From Nitrospirota bacterium (GTDB lineage: Bacteria > Nitrospirota > Nitrospiria > Nitrospirales > Nitrospiraceae), in the NCBI GenBank assembly GCA_963703955.1, contig CAVPGK010000010.1, forward strand, positions 1-64,000: a stretch of 64,000 bases of DNA. The letters run 5' to 3'. Numbering within the stretch: position 1 is the stretch's first letter; every line of letters begins with the position of its first letter. Positions 41,315 through 53,344 of the stretch are shown here, in pieces. A model generated the notes under the pieces. It was not told the DNA's origin. It saw only the letters and a program-made list of their open reading frames with translations, and searched no databases. The translations under genes and the position numbers were made by a program.

Positions 41315-42223
41315 CTAAGGGTTTATCGGTATGAGCCCCGGTATCTTTAGCGCGTGTACGGCCTCTCGAATGACGTCCAACACGGTCGGTCTCGCAAATC
41401 CCTTCCGCCACGCAAGCCCGATCCGCCGCTGCGGGACCGGATCGGTGAAGCTTAGCGTGACCAGCCGCTTATTGTGATGTTTGGGGGTCAGTGCGCTACA
41501 CGGTAACACGGTGATCCCCAGCCCCGATGCCACCATGTGACGGATGGTTTCCAGGGAGTTACCCTGAATCCCCTCGCGATCCGAACGACTCAGTTCAGGG
41601 CACGCGTCGAGCACTTGCCGTCGGAAACAGTGTCCTGCGTGTGGAAGCAACACCTTTTCACCGGACAGCTCATCGGCATCGATACGCGATTTCTTGACCC
41701 AGGGGTGCGTGATGGGAATAACGGCTTTGAATGGTTCATCGTACAGAGCCACTGTCACAATGCCTGGCTCGTCGAAGGGCAGCGCAATCATCAGAACATC
41801 AAGTTTTCCGTTCTTTAGCATGCGACTCAGATGGATCGTCAAGTTCTCTTCGATCTCCAAAGGCATGGCCGGAGCGCGCTTGTGCAGGATCGGCACTAAC
41901 TCCGGCAAGATATACGGTCCTGCCGTTGCGATCACGCCCAGGCGCAAGGCTCCGACGAGCTGATCTTTCCCCTGAGCTGCGATCGCCTTGACTTGCTCAG
42001 CCTCCTCCAACACCCGCTGTGCCTGCTCAATGATTCTCTCACCGATCGGCGTGACCACCACTTCGTTCTTCTTCCGCTCGAATAGAACGGTTCCCAGTTC
42101 GTCCTCTAACTTTTGAATCGCCAGACTCAGGGCTGGTTGCGTGATGAAACAGCGGTCGGCGGCGCGACCGAAATGTAGTTCTTGAGCGACAGCGACGATG
42201 TAGCGCAGCTCTGTCAAGGTCAT
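41315..42223 (-). CDS. oxyR: OxyR peroxide-sensing LysR regulator
   Basis: MTLTELRY HTH start; GHCFRRQVLDAC Cys pair with OxyR spacing. Confidence 0.9.
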   Translation of the reverse strand: MTLTELRYIVAVAQELHFGRAADRCFITQPALSLAIQKLEDELGTVLFERKKNEVVVTPIGERIIEQAQRVLEEAEQVKAIAAQGKDQLVGALRLGVIATAGPYILPELVPILHKRAPAMPLEIEENLTIHLSRMLKNGKLDVLMIALPFDEPGIVTVALYDEPFKAVIPITHPWVKKSRIDADELSGEKVLLPHAGHCFRRQVLDACPELSRSDREGIQGNSLETIRHMVASGLGITVLPCSALTPKHHNKRLVTLSFTDPVPQRRIGLAWRKGFARPTVLDVIREAVHALKIPGLIPINP

Positions 42224-42249
42224 TGGCTCGCAACACTCCTGGGCGTAGC

Positions 42250-42290
42250 GATAAATAATATAAATCACATGATCATGCATAATCAATTGG
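42250..42290. promoter_or_regulatory. AT-rich LysR/OxyR-like operator between divergent genes
   Basis: ATAA-N7-AAAT...ATCA...CAAT periodic tetramers in a GC-rich background. Confidence 0.5.
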
Positions 42291-42358
42291 ACTAATCTCA
42301 TCGTGGGTCTTACATTCGGTATAGACAGAATCAAAACAGAGGAAAGGAGGATGCAGCC

Positions 42359-42718
42359 ATGAGAACAAGAAACGCGTTGCTCGGTGTGAGCGTTATCATC
42401 GCAACTCTCGCAGTGGGGTGCGCCGAGGTCACGCCCCAAGATTCCGTCATCTCGCAGAGCATAGCGGCGCCGAAACCGGTGAGCCAGCGTGAGGCTGCCG
42501 ATCAGGCCTTTGAATATCGCCGACAAGCTGCGGAACTTCGAGGTATGGCAAGGCGGCTTGAACTAGAGACCAACATCTATAAAAAGCAAGGTGGGGAGCC
42601 AAGCGAACGAACCCGAGCCGGCCTTGAACAGGCAAACGCCATGTGGGCCGCGGCTGAAGAGGCAGAGCAGGTCGCGCGCGAGTACCGACGACAAGTGCCG
42701 CATGGCCAAGCGTTCTGA
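42359..42718 (+). CDS. Helical lipoprotein, hypothetical
   Basis: AVG-C lipobox; GGAGG RBS. Confidence 0.7.
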   Translation: MRTRNALLGVSVIIATLAVGCAEVTPQDSVISQSIAAPKPVSQREAADQAFEYRRQAAELRGMARRLELETNIYKKQGGEPSERTRAGLEQANAMWAAAEEAEQVAREYRRQVPHGQAF

Positions 42719-42784
42719 TCGATGGAGATGGCCTGGATCGAGGAGCGCACCTGGAACAGCCGGAGCAGTGGAAAGGAGACGATC

Positions 42785-43861
42785 ATGCTACGAAGATGGC
42801 GGATACTGATGGTCATAGTGACTGTCGCGGGAGGAGTGGCGACAGACGGCCACTTGGTGGCGGAAGAACGAGCGGCGGCAAAGTCGGATTCTCTCGCTAC
42901 CCAAACGTCTGGTCGACCGCCGCTCCCATTTGGTCTTGAGGAGGATTTGTTCTCTGTGCCGACAGACAATCCTATGACGCCGAAGAAAATCGAGCTTGGA
43001 CGTCTGCTCTTCTTTGATAAGCGGCTGTCCAGGGATAATTCCATAGCTTGCGCGAGTTGCCACATGCCGACGCTCGCATTTACAGATGGACAGCCCGTCT
43101 CGATGGGGATTCATCGCCAACTGGGCGGTCGGAGTGCGCCCGCAGCCATCAATCGTGGCTTCAGCACCGCTCAATTTTGGGATGGTCGTGCGGCGACGCT
43201 GGAGGAGCAATCCATCGGTCCATTCGTGAATCCGGTCGAACATGGATTCATGGATTACAACGAGATGATCGCCAAAATGAACAGGATCGATGGATACAAG
43301 AAGCTGTTCCAGGAGGTGTTTGGCACGGAGATCACCGTTGACGGAATCGGCAAGGCTATTGCGACCTTCCAGCGGACGATTTTGTCGGGAAACAGCCCGG
43401 CGGATCGCTACGATGTCGGAGGCGAGGAAACAGCGTTGTCTGCAGAGGCTCAACAGGGGCTGGAACTGTTCCGAGCGAAAGCCCGCTGCACGCGGTGCCA
43501 CTCGGGATTTAATTTTACAGATGAGAAGTTCCATAACCTCGGGATTGGGTGGGACACGAACACGGTGGATCTTGGCCGGTACATGGTCACGAAGAATGCC
43601 GAGGACATCGGCGCCTTCAAGACACCGACGCTGAGGGAGATCGCCAGGACCGCCCCCTATATGCACGATGGGAGGTTTGCCAGTCTCGAAGAGGTCGTGA
43701 ATTTCTACAATCAGGGTGGGATCAAGAACCCGTACCTGGATAACAACGTGATCCCGCTCGAAATGACTGATCAGGAGAAGCGAAATCTGGTTACTTTCTT
43801 GCGCTCGCTTAACGGTGAGGGGTGGCAGCACATCACTCCACCAAACGAGTTCCCGCAGTGA
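42785..43861 (+). CDS. Di-heme cytochrome c peroxidase (CCP/MauG family)
   Basis: LGRLLFFDKRLS, CASCH, QFWDGRA, CTRCH, FKTPTLR, APYMHDG. Confidence 0.92.
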   Translation: MLRRWRILMVIVTVAGGVATDGHLVAEERAAAKSDSLATQTSGRPPLPFGLEEDLFSVPTDNPMTPKKIELGRLLFFDKRLSRDNSIACASCHMPTLAFTDGQPVSMGIHRQLGGRSAPAAINRGFSTAQFWDGRAATLEEQSIGPFVNPVEHGFMDYNEMIAKMNRIDGYKKLFQEVFGTEITVDGIGKAIATFQRTILSGNSPADRYDVGGEETALSAEAQQGLELFRAKARCTRCHSGFNFTDEKFHNLGIGWDTNTVDLGRYMVTKNAEDIGAFKTPTLREIARTAPYMHDGRFASLEEVVNFYNQGGIKNPYLDNNVIPLEMTDQEKRNLVTFLRSLNGEGWQHITPPNEFPQ

Positions 43862-44007
43862 TCTGAAAGGGAAGCGAGATTGTTCCGTCGCGACGCCGCA
43901 CCGTTGGAGCAAGTCAGACGGTGCGGAGCGGCCGTCACCAGCAGGTTGTCAGTTGAGTCTCGCCTTGCTTCCCGTACGCATAACTTTCTCCTAGTGCTGA
44001 GAATTCC

Positions 44008-44613
44008 TCATACCTTGTGTGAGCCGGACCGTGCCCCTTGCCGTACGACGAGTAGACCGACCACGACCATCGACAGCATGATCAGCGCCACGACCACCAG
44101 CGTGCGATGAACCAGAGGGGAGAGCCGGCGCCATTCTTCTCCCAAGCCATACCCGACCGCAATGAACGTGGCGGACCACAGCAGGGCCCCGGAATAGGCG
44201 AACCGGGCGAACACACCAAGAGACAGATTTGAGGTGCCGGCAAGCAGGGCGGCAAGATGCCGGATGCCTGGGATGAAGTAGGCAATCAGCAGGGCATACT
44301 TCCCCCAACGCTGAACCCAGGTCTGTGCATTCGCAATGTGCTCCGGGCTGAGGTGAAGGGCCGGGCCGAGCTTGCTGATCACTTGCGGGCCGGCGAGACG
44401 GCCGATCCCGTAGCTGAGGCTAATCCCACTCGCGCTCCCGAGAAAGGCGGCTCCCACCGACGGGCTCAGCGCCAGGTCTCCTTTGAAATTCAGGTAACCG
44501 ACAAAGGTCAGTAAAGCTTCATCCGGTACCGGGAGGCCGACGATCCCCAGCATCAGGAGCAGGAAGATAGCCGCATAGCCATAACGGGTAATCCAATCAA
44601 ACCCGGCATCCAT
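44008..44613 (-). CDS. DedA family membrane protein
   Basis: GLPVPDE, FIPGIRH, F...AYSGALLW. Confidence 0.9.
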   Translation of the reverse strand: MDAGFDWITRYGYAAIFLLLMLGIVGLPVPDEALLTFVGYLNFKGDLALSPSVGAAFLGSASGISLSYGIGRLAGPQVISKLGPALHLSPEHIANAQTWVQRWGKYALLIAYFIPGIRHLAALLAGTSNLSLGVFARFAYSGALLWSATFIAVGYGLGEEWRRLSPLVHRTLVVVALIMLSMVVVGLLVVRQGARSGSHKV

Positions 44614-44930
44614 ACAAGACCGTCGAGCAAGGAATGATGTGAAATGATAAGGAGATCATGACGATGATGACCGACCGATGCTACTCATCTTTGTTCTATG
44701 AGTCAAAGAGAGTGGGTCGCTTCTTAGCCTGATCTCGCCGGATTCCTTGCCAAACTTCATTTAAGGTTGCCAGATGCGGCACAATTGGTGTATTCAGTAA
44801 GGTCGAGACCTTGCCCCAAACGATATTTGGTGGTGATTAAATGGGGGGCCTAATGGATTCTGTGAGCAAACAAACAAAGAGCGGCGCATGCTGGTGGCAT
44901 CTCTCGGCGCCGTTGCCGACCGGATGGGCG

Positions 44931-46439
44931 ATGCGAAGGCTGAGATGGTTCATGGTGATCGTCGGCGTGGTCGCGGTATGCACCGGTGGCTGCGTCACGA
45001 AGCCGATCAAGGACCGGAAGGGCACCACGTTGAGCTCGGCCGAACAGGAGAAACAAGTAGGGGCATGGCAAGCTAAAAAGATCGAACAACAAATGAGCGT
45101 ATTGCACGATGCAGGGCTGACGGCGTATCTCAACACCGTGGGACAACGGCTCGCGCAGCAGTCGTCCCGACAAGACATCACGTATACGTTTCGTATCCTC
45201 GACGTCCCAGAGCCCAATGCCTTTGCCTTTCCCGGCGGGTACATTTACGTCACTCGCGGTCTCCTGGCTTTGCTGAATTCCGAGGATGAGCTTGCGGGGG
45301 TGATCGGACATGAGATCGGGCATGTCATGGCTCGACATCGCGTGCAACAGATTGCTCGTGAAGGCCGGGGTTCGAATATCACGAACCTGGTGTCAGGGGT
45401 GTCCGGTCCGGTCGGTCCGGTTGTCGCGCACATTGTCGGCGACGCCGGCGAATTGGTAACCGGGTATATGTTTGCCTCCTATAGCCGCGAGCAGGAGCGC
45501 GAGGCGGATCAGGCCGGCCAGGAACTTGCTGCGCGAGCAGGGTGGGAACCGGCCGGACTCTCCAAGGTTCTGTCCACGCTGGAACGAGGCGACTCGCTGC
45601 GTCAAAGCGTTCCGCGCTGGACAACCTTTTTGGATTCCCACCCGGCATTTCCTGAACGCGTGATCCGCTCGGCCGAATCTGCCAAAGGGCTGCAGCGCGC
45701 AGCACTGGACCCGCTCAGCGCTTCGCCGGGTGCCTTTCTCACTCGGCTCGATGGTGTCGTGGTAGGCAGTCGCGCCGCAAGCGGGGTGATTGACGGCAGG
45801 AATTTCCGACATCCCGATCTCAACTACTCCGTGCAGTTTCCAGACAAGTGGAATCTCGCGGCCTCACCTCACCAGGTGACTGCGATTGCGCCTGACGGCG
45901 ACGCATTGATGGTCTTGAAGATTGTGGCTGAGGGAGGCGATCCGATGGAGGGTGCCCGCGCGCTCGAGCAGGCCAGTGGGTCGCCGATTCTGCGGACTAC
46001 CAAACGGTTTACGATCGGAAACTCACAGGCAGCGTTGGCGCAGGTCCACGCCGATACCAAGCAGGGGAAGCTCTGGCTCGGGCTTGCCTGGATCGCCCAC
46101 GGAGGCTACGTCTATCAGTTGGCCGGAATGGGCCCGATGAATCGCCACGACGCACTGCACTCGCTCTTCGATACGATGATCCATAGTTTCAGGCCGCTGT
46201 CGCAGTCCGAGCGGGCCAACCTTCGCGAAAAACGGATTCGTCTTGCCAAGGCGCAGGCGGGTGAGACGCTTGACGCGCTGGTGGCGCGCACCAAATCGAG
46301 CTGGGGCTCGGAAACAGTGGCGGTCGCCAACGGCTTGGTGGCGGGGGATCCGTTGCAGGAAGGAGAGATCGTGAAGGTGGCGATCGCAGAGCTCTATGCG
46401 TCGAAGATGCCGCAGCAGGAGAACGCCCCTCAGCTTTGA
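44931..46439 (+). CDS. M48 metalloprotease lipoprotein with LysM-like tail (paralog 1)
   Basis: PNAFAFPGG, HEIGH, SREQEREAD, SHP; GETL...VANGL. Confidence 0.88.
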   Translation: MRRLRWFMVIVGVVAVCTGGCVTKPIKDRKGTTLSSAEQEKQVGAWQAKKIEQQMSVLHDAGLTAYLNTVGQRLAQQSSRQDITYTFRILDVPEPNAFAFPGGYIYVTRGLLALLNSEDELAGVIGHEIGHVMARHRVQQIAREGRGSNITNLVSGVSGPVGPVVAHIVGDAGELVTGYMFASYSREQEREADQAGQELAARAGWEPAGLSKVLSTLERGDSLRQSVPRWTTFLDSHPAFPERVIRSAESAKGLQRAALDPLSASPGAFLTRLDGVVVGSRAASGVIDGRNFRHPDLNYSVQFPDKWNLAASPHQVTAIAPDGDALMVLKIVAEGGDPMEGARALEQASGSPILRTTKRFTIGNSQAALAQVHADTKQGKLWLGLAWIAHGGYVYQLAGMGPMNRHDALHSLFDTMIHSFRPLSQSERANLREKRIRLAKAQAGETLDALVARTKSSWGSETVAVANGLVAGDPLQEGEIVKVAIAELYASKMPQQENAPQL

Positions 46440-46504
46440 TAGGCAAGCGCCCTATCGCACGCGCTGAATCGGACCCAAGAAGAAGGCGTGGACTCGCTTA
46501 CCGC

Positions 46505-47078
46505 GTGAACGCGGAAGCCGTAACCCGCTGTCCCTGGGCCAAGACCGAACTCGACATCGCCTACCACGACAAAGAGTGGGGGGTGCCACTGCATGACGAC
46601 CGGGCGCTGTTTGAGTTCCTGATTTTGGAGGGCGCTCAGGCCGGGCTCAGTTGGTCAACCATTCTCACGAAGCGGGATCACTACCGGATCGCCTTCGATC
46701 ATTTCGATCCCCGCAAAGTGGCCCGCTACGAGCCAGCGGAAGATCGACCGCTTGCTGGCCGATCCAGGCATCGTGCGCAACCGGCTGAAGATCACAGCTG
46801 CGGTGCGCAACGCCAATGCCTTCCTCACCGTCCAGAAAGAATTCGGCAGCTTTGATGCTTACCTCTGGCGATTCGTCGGCGGCCATCCGAACAAGAATCG
46901 CTGGCGATCGTTCAAACAGGTCCCGAGCCACACACCTGAATCCGATGCGTTGAGCAAGGATCTGAAGCGACGCGGGTTCACCTTCGTCGGGTCCACGATC
47001 TGCTACGCCTTCATGCAGGCCGTCGGCATGGTGAACGATCACACCATCGATTGTTTCCGGTATAGCCAGATCGTCTGA
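46505..47078 (+). CDS. tag: DNA-3-methyladenine glycosylase I, frameshift near 46735
   Basis: RCPW, YHDKEWG, QAGLSW, IVRNRLKI, FVGSTICYAFMQAVGMVNDH. Confidence 0.92.
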
Positions 47079-47246
47079 TCCTGCCCACGGAACCCATTGA
47101 CTCTGCGGTGACATTTCCTTAAAGATAGGCATATTGTCGATCTATTCTGAGAAGTTCTGCGAACGTGAGAAAAAACCTCTCTCCGCGATGCGTCTCCCCG
47201 AAATCGGGGTTTCAGTTTCCGACGGAGGGACACACGAGGTTCTGAC

Positions 47247-48420
47247 ATGCGGCCTATGACGGACAGAATTGGAGTCTTGAAAGGACTTGGGTCGAGCCTG
47301 CTTATGTGTCTCGCAGCGGATGTCTTTGTCGGCTGCAAGCAAGAGGCTGTTTCAAAGGCCGCACTGTCGCCTCCGGAGGTTGAAGTCGCGGAGGTGAAGC
47401 AGCAGGACCTGCCGATCTACGCGGAATGGGTCGGCACGACGGACGGACTGGTCAATGCGACGATCCAAGCGAGGGTGACCGGACATCTCATCAAGCGGAA
47501 CTTCGATGAAGGCGCCTTCGTGAAAAAGGGCGCCCTGTTGTTCGAAATCGACCCGCGTCCCTTTCAAGCGGCGCTCGCGGAAGCGAAAGGTCAACTGAGC
47601 CAAGCGGAGGCGCAGCTCGTGAAGACCAACATGGATGTCAAGCGCGACACGCCGCTCGCCCAAGCCAAGGCGATCAGCCAAAAGGAGTTGGATGATTCGA
47701 TCCAAGCCAACGCAGCCGCCAAGGGCTCGCTTGCTTCGGCAAGAGCCCAGGTTGAACAAGCCCAATTGAACCTTGGCTACACCAGGATCCAAGCCCCGAT
47801 CGATGGAGTGACCGGCATCGCCAAAGCGCAGATCGGCGATTTGGTCGGCCCGAACACGGGCGAGCTCACCTCTATTTCCACGGTCGACCCGATCCGGGTG
47901 TATTTCTCGATCAGTGAACAGGAATATTTGAAAGCGGCTGATAAAATTCAGGCGCAGTACAATGATCCGAACCTGCCTCGCCTCAAGCTCGAATTGATCC
48001 TCGGCGACGGCTCGGTTTATCCGCGCATCGGCCACCCTACACTCGCAGATCGGCAGGTGGATGTGAAGACCGGCACGATTCGCATCGCGGGGGAGTTTCC
48101 GAATCCAGGCAACCTCCTCCGTCCTGGTCTCTTCGCCCACGTTCGTGCGATGACGAAGACGAAGAACGGCGCGCTCCTGGTTCCACAGCGGGCTGTGACG
48201 GAGTTGCAAGGCGGCTATCAAGTGGCCGTGGTCACCCCGGATAGCAAGGTGGAGATCCGTCCGGTCAAGGTCGGTGAACGGATCGGCGGTCAATGGATCA
48301 TCAACGAGGGGGTTCAGCCGGGTGAGCAGGTCGTGGTCGAAGGATTGCAGAAGGTGAAGGCGGGGATGACGGTGAAATCCCAAACCACATCAGCAGGCGC
48401 CCGTCGAGAAGGCCGGCTGA
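47247..48420 (+). CDS. RND efflux membrane-fusion (adaptor) lipoprotein
   Basis: VG-C lipobox; IDPRPFQA, TRIQAPIDG, VEGLQK; likely true stop TGA 48418-48420 overlapping the next ATG. Confidence 0.9.
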
Positions 48421-51400
48421 TGGCAAGATTCTTCGTCAATCGTCCGATCGTCGCGATCGTCATTTCGATCATGATGGTGATCGTCGGCATCGTCGCCATG
48501 GTCCAGCTCCCGATCGCCCAGTTTCCGAACATCGCGCCGCCGGAGATCCAGTTCAGCGCCACTTACGTGGGCGCGGACGCCGTCACGCTCGAGCAGTCGG
48601 TTGCCACGCCGATCGAGCAGCAGATGCAGGGCGTGGACAACATGATCTACATGTATTCGTCAACGCCAGCAACGGGCAGACGAGCCTGTACGTGGACTTC
48701 GACGTGACGACGAAGCCGAACGACGACCAGATCCTGTCGCAGATGCGCTACACCAGGCCGAATCGCAAGTTGCCGCAGGAAGTGCGGAACTATGGCGTGA
48801 CGATCAAGAAATCGACCACGAGCCCGCTGGCGCTCTTTTCTCTCTACTCCCCCAACGGGACCTACGACAGTATCTGGCTGACCAATTACGCCAACATCAA
48901 TATCAACGATCCCATGGCGCGCGTGCCGGGCATCGGCCAGGTGCACGATCTTCGGCGCCGGGCAATACGCGATGCGGTTCTGGGTGCGACCGGACGTGCT
49001 GGCCAAGCTCGAACATTACGGTCCCCGAGATCCTCGACGCCGTGAAGAAACAGAACACGGTGAACCCGGCTGGTCAGGTCGGCGCCGAACCGGTGCCTCC
49101 CGGACAGGAATTCACCTATACTGTGCGGGCGCAAGGGCCGGTTGCTCACCAAGGAGGAGTTCGAGGCAGATCGTCGTGCGGGCAAATATCGACGGGTCGC
49201 TGGTGCGGCTCGAAGGACGTGGCGAGGGTCGAGCTGGGCGCCCAGTCCTACAGCTAGATCGGCCGGATGAACGGAAAGTCCGCCGCCCTCATCGCCATTT
49301 ACCAGCTGCCAGGCTCAAACGCGATCGACGCGATGGATCAGGCGACGAAGCTGATGAAGGAGCTCAAAGAGCGATTTCCGGCCGACCTCGACTACGTCGA
49401 CGTCGCTCGATACGACGCTCGCGGTGCGGGAGGGCATCAAGGAGATCGTGCACACCCTCTTCGAAGCGCTGGTCCTCGTGATCATCGTCGTCTATATCTT
49501 TCTGCAGGGCTGGCGCGCCACGTTGATCCCGTCTGCTGGCCGTGCCGGTGTCGCTGGTCGGCACATTCACGCTGTTCCCGCTGCTCGGCTTCTCGATCAA
49601 CACGCTGTCCCTCTTCGGTCTCGTGCTCGCCATCGGCTTCGTCGTGGACGACGCCATCGTGGTGGTCGAAGCCGTGGAGCACCACATCGAAAAGGGCCTC
49701 TCGCCCAAGGAGGCGACGCTGAAGGCCATGGAAGAGGTCTCAGGCCCGGTCGATGGCGATCGCGCTCATCCTCGCCGCGGTCTTCGTGCCGACGGCGTTC
49801 ATTCCGGGCATTACGGGCCGGCTCTACCAGCAGTTCGCGGTGACGATCGCCGTGTCGGTGGTCATCTCGGCCTTCAACGCGCTCACGCTCAGCCCCGCCC
49901 TCTCGGCCTTGCTGCTACGACCAAAGAAACCGGCGCGGGGTCCGCTCGGTTGTTCTTCGGATGGTTCAACCGAATGGTTTGCCGTGCGACGGACGGGTAT
50001 GTGAGTGTCTGCGGCTCTTTGATTCGTAAGGCCGGACTCTCGATGCCATCCTAGTCCTGTTCGTGATCGCGACGGGCTTCTTCGGCATGCGCCTTCCGAC
50101 CGGCTTTCTGCCGATCGAGGATCAAGGCTATGTGTATTTGAACGTACAGTTGCCGATGGCGTCGTCTCTCCAGCGAACCGATGAGGTTTGCAAGAAGATC
50201 GAGGCGATCCTAAGCCGTACCCCGGGGGTGCAGTATGCGTCGACCATCGTCGGATACAGTCTACTCAGCACCGTGAACACGACCTATAATGCGTTTTTCT
50301 TCGTCACGCTCGCGCCATGGGAGGAACGCACCAAACCAGACGAGCAACTGCTGTCGATCTTCAAGCATGTCAACCAGCAACTGGCTCAGCTCCCTGAAGC
50401 GCAGGCGTTTCTCTTCCCGCCGCCTGCCATCCCCGGCGTCGGCACCTCGGGGGGCGTGTCATTCATTCTCGAGGACCGCACCGGAAAGGAGGTGGCGTTC
50501 CTGGCTGAGCACACGCAGAAGTTCATTGAGGCCGCCCGTAAGCGCCCTGAGATCGCCTCCGTCAATACCACGTTCATCCCCAGCGTGCCCCAGGTGTCCG
50601 CGAAGGTGGATCGGGATAAGGTGCTGAAACAGGGGGTGAACCTCGGGGATGTCTATCAGACGCTGCAAGCGTTCATGGGCGGCGTCATGGTGAACTACTT
50701 TAACCGCTTCGGGCGGGTGTGGCAGGTCTACGTCCAGGCTGACGGCGAGTTTCGGACGAGTCCCGAGCACGTCGGCCAATTCTACGTACGGAACGGGTCC
50801 GGGGACATGGTCCCCCTGTCGACGCTGGTGTCGATGGATACGGCGTCCGGACCTGAGTTTACCATGCGTTTCAACGAATACCGGTCTGCGCAATTGTTCG
50901 TGGGAGCGAAGCCGGGCTACAGCTCGGGCCAGGCGATGAAGGCGCTCGAGGACGTCTTTGCGGCGACGATGCCCCGGGACATGGGCTACGACTACATCGG
51001 GATGTCCTTCCAAGAAAAGGCTGCGGCAGAAGGCGTGCCGGCCAGCGTCATCTTCGGCTTTTCTCTTCTCTTCGTGTTCCTCATCCTCGCGGCGCAGTAT
51101 GAGAGTTGGGCGTTGCCGTTCAGCGTGCTCCTCTGCACCCCGATCGCCGTCTTCGGCGCGCTGGGAGCTCTGTGGGCCCTCTGGCTGTTGGCCCCCCCGC
51201 TGATTGAGAACGATGTGTTCACCCAGATCGGTCTGGTGATGCTCATCGGGCTTTCCGCCAAAAACGCGATCCTCATCGTGGAATTCGCGAAGATGGAATA
51301 TGAAAGGGGCAAGACCATCTCGGATGCGGCGCTGGCGGCGGCCCGCTTGCGCCTGCGGCCCATCCTGATGACGGCATTTGCGTTTATCCTTGGAGTCGTC

Positions 51401-51670
51401 CCGCTGGTTCTCTCCTCGGGGTCGGGGGCGCATGGCAGAATCCTCCTTGGTGTCGCAGTCATGGGTGGAATGCTGGCAGCCAGCGTGATCGCGATCTTCA
51501 TCATTCCGGTGAGCTACTACGTCGTGGAAAGACTCGTGCATCGCCAAGAACAAAGACCTGGCGCACCGAAGCCAGGGGCCCCAAGGCCGACCGGGGATGG
51601 CAAGGTGCAACCCCTGGCTCCTCAACCGGAAGCCGTGCCGGCCCATGCACGGATCCAAGGAGGTCACTGA
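48420..51670 (+). CDS. RND permease (HAE1/AcrB family) with many frameshifts in 48650-50060
   Basis: [48 protein letters not shown]. Confidence 0.88.
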
Positions 51671-51671
51671 A

Positions 51672-53147
51672 ATGCATCGATGGCTCGCCGCCGCTGCGCC
51701 GATCTTCTTGCTCAACGCATGCATGATGGGACCGAATTACACGCGACCGGAAACGCCGAGCGGCGATTCGTGGCGGATGGCGCCGGCCACCGCGGAATCC
51801 ATTGCCAACCTGCCCTGGTGGGAGTTGTTGAAGGACCAAGAGCTGCAGAAATTGGTACGCGTGGCGCTGCAAGAGAATCAGGACATGCGGGTTGCCGTCG
51901 CCAGCGTCGAGCAGTTCCAGGCCCAACTCGTCATTGCCAAGTTCGACCTTGCTCCCTCTCTGGGCTATTCAGGAACCGCATTTACGTACCATAACACTAG
52001 AAATGCGATCGGAATTCCAGGTGTGGGAGCCATACCCGGGCCTTCAACCAACACAGGAGGGTTTGATCTTTCATATGCGAACGCCACGGGAGGCGTGAAA
52101 TGGGAGGCTGATCTTTGGGGCCGGATCAGACGTTCCATCGAGGCGACCAGGGCTCAACTCCTGTCGCGAGCGGAGAACCAACGGGCCGTGATTCTCGACC
52201 TGGTCAGCAACGTGGCTGGCGCCTACTTCGATCTCCGCACGCTCGACCTGCAAGTCGATATCACCAAGCGAACCCTCAAGACATGGGAGGAGAGCGTCAG
52301 GATTTCCCAGATCAAGTTGCAGCAGGGGACCATACCCAAACTCGATCTCGACCGGTTCGAAGCCGAGCGTGCGAATGCCGCGGCGCAACTCGCCGATCTT
52401 GAACGCCAGGTCGTCCAGAAAGAGAACCAAATCAGCCTACTTTTGGGACGCAGACCGATGTCGATCCCGCGCGGTGTCGTACTCACCGAGCAGATCATGC
52501 CTCCGGAGGTGCCGCCTGGCCTTCCTTCCGATCTTCTCCAGCGCCGACCCGATATCCTCCAAGCCGAACAGGACCTGGCTGCGGCGACCGCGAATATTGG
52601 AGTTGCTCAGGCCGCGCGCTTTCCGCAACTCGCCCTCACGGGTACCGCGGGAGTTGCCGGCTTAGACGCCACCTCGACCGCGTCACTGGGTCCGTTCGGG
52701 ATATTCCACGCCGCCGCCGCCTTGAGCGGTCCTCTGCTCAACGCGACGGCGCTGGGCTACCAAGTGGATGTGACCGAAGCTCAGACGAGGCAGGCCTTGG
52801 CCCGGTATGAGAAGGCGGTCTTCACGGCCTTCAAGGAAGTGGAAGACACCTTAATCGCCGTGCAAAAGGCTCGCGAGCAGCGCGCCGCGCAGGAACAGCA
52901 GGTCGCGGCCCTGCAGTCCGCCTTTCGATTCGCCGATCTGCGCTACCAGGGAGGCCGGGCCAGCTACCTGGACGTGCTGACCGCCCAGCGCACATTGTAT
53001 GAATCGGAACTGGCGCTCGCGGGAACCCGGCGAACGCAACTGGTCTCGGTGGTCCAGCTCTACAAGGCTTTGGGCGGTGGATGGTCGCCGACCGGCTCGG
53101 TCGAAGGCCGGCCGGCTCCCGAGCTGGTGAGCCAGAGCAGTCAGTAA
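51672..53147 (+). CDS. Outer-membrane efflux lipoprotein (OprM/NodT family)
   Basis: LNA-C lipobox; WEADLWG, LLQRRPD, LYKALGGGW. Confidence 0.95.
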   Translation: MHRWLAAAAPIFLLNACMMGPNYTRPETPSGDSWRMAPATAESIANLPWWELLKDQELQKLVRVALQENQDMRVAVASVEQFQAQLVIAKFDLAPSLGYSGTAFTYHNTRNAIGIPGVGAIPGPSTNTGGFDLSYANATGGVKWEADLWGRIRRSIEATRAQLLSRAENQRAVILDLVSNVAGAYFDLRTLDLQVDITKRTLKTWEESVRISQIKLQQGTIPKLDLDRFEAERANAAAQLADLERQVVQKENQISLLLGRRPMSIPRGVVLTEQIMPPEVPPGLPSDLLQRRPDILQAEQDLAAATANIGVAQAARFPQLALTGTAGVAGLDATSTASLGPFGIFHAAAALSGPLLNATALGYQVDVTEAQTRQALARYEKAVFTAFKEVEDTLIAVQKAREQRAAQEQQVAALQSAFRFADLRYQGGRASYLDVLTAQRTLYESELALAGTRRTQLVSVVQLYKALGGGWSPTGSVEGRPAPELVSQSSQ

Positions 53148-53344
53148 CGGTCACTCCTGAACCATCGGACCCCAGACTGGGAGGATCACGTTCTATGAAG
53201 GAGATGAGCATTCTATGCTGATCGCCGACGCAACGACCAAGCATGGGTACCACCGCGCAGAGTTCACCCGCGCGAAGTAAGTATCTTCAACTCAACCAGG
53301 CCGTATCGATCAGACCGTTCCATTCACTGACCAGGGAGGATGTA

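Noticed and set aside
44776..44792. Second sigma54 promoter (CGGCAC-N5-GTGT)
   Set aside because: The -12 GC element is missing
47247..48707. Apparent MFP-RND fusion ORF
   Set aside because: TGATG stop/start overlap at 48418-48422 indicates two genes joined by an indel
3711..50060. Frameshifts in many genes (permease, M20, FKBP, MFS, rqcH, clpX, thiI, tag, RND) as programmed frameshifting, phase variation or true pseudogenes
   Set aside because: They are scattered 1-bp indels that also hit conserved genes, often in short homopolymers, and the MFS duplicate is in frame at the same site; best explained as long-read errors
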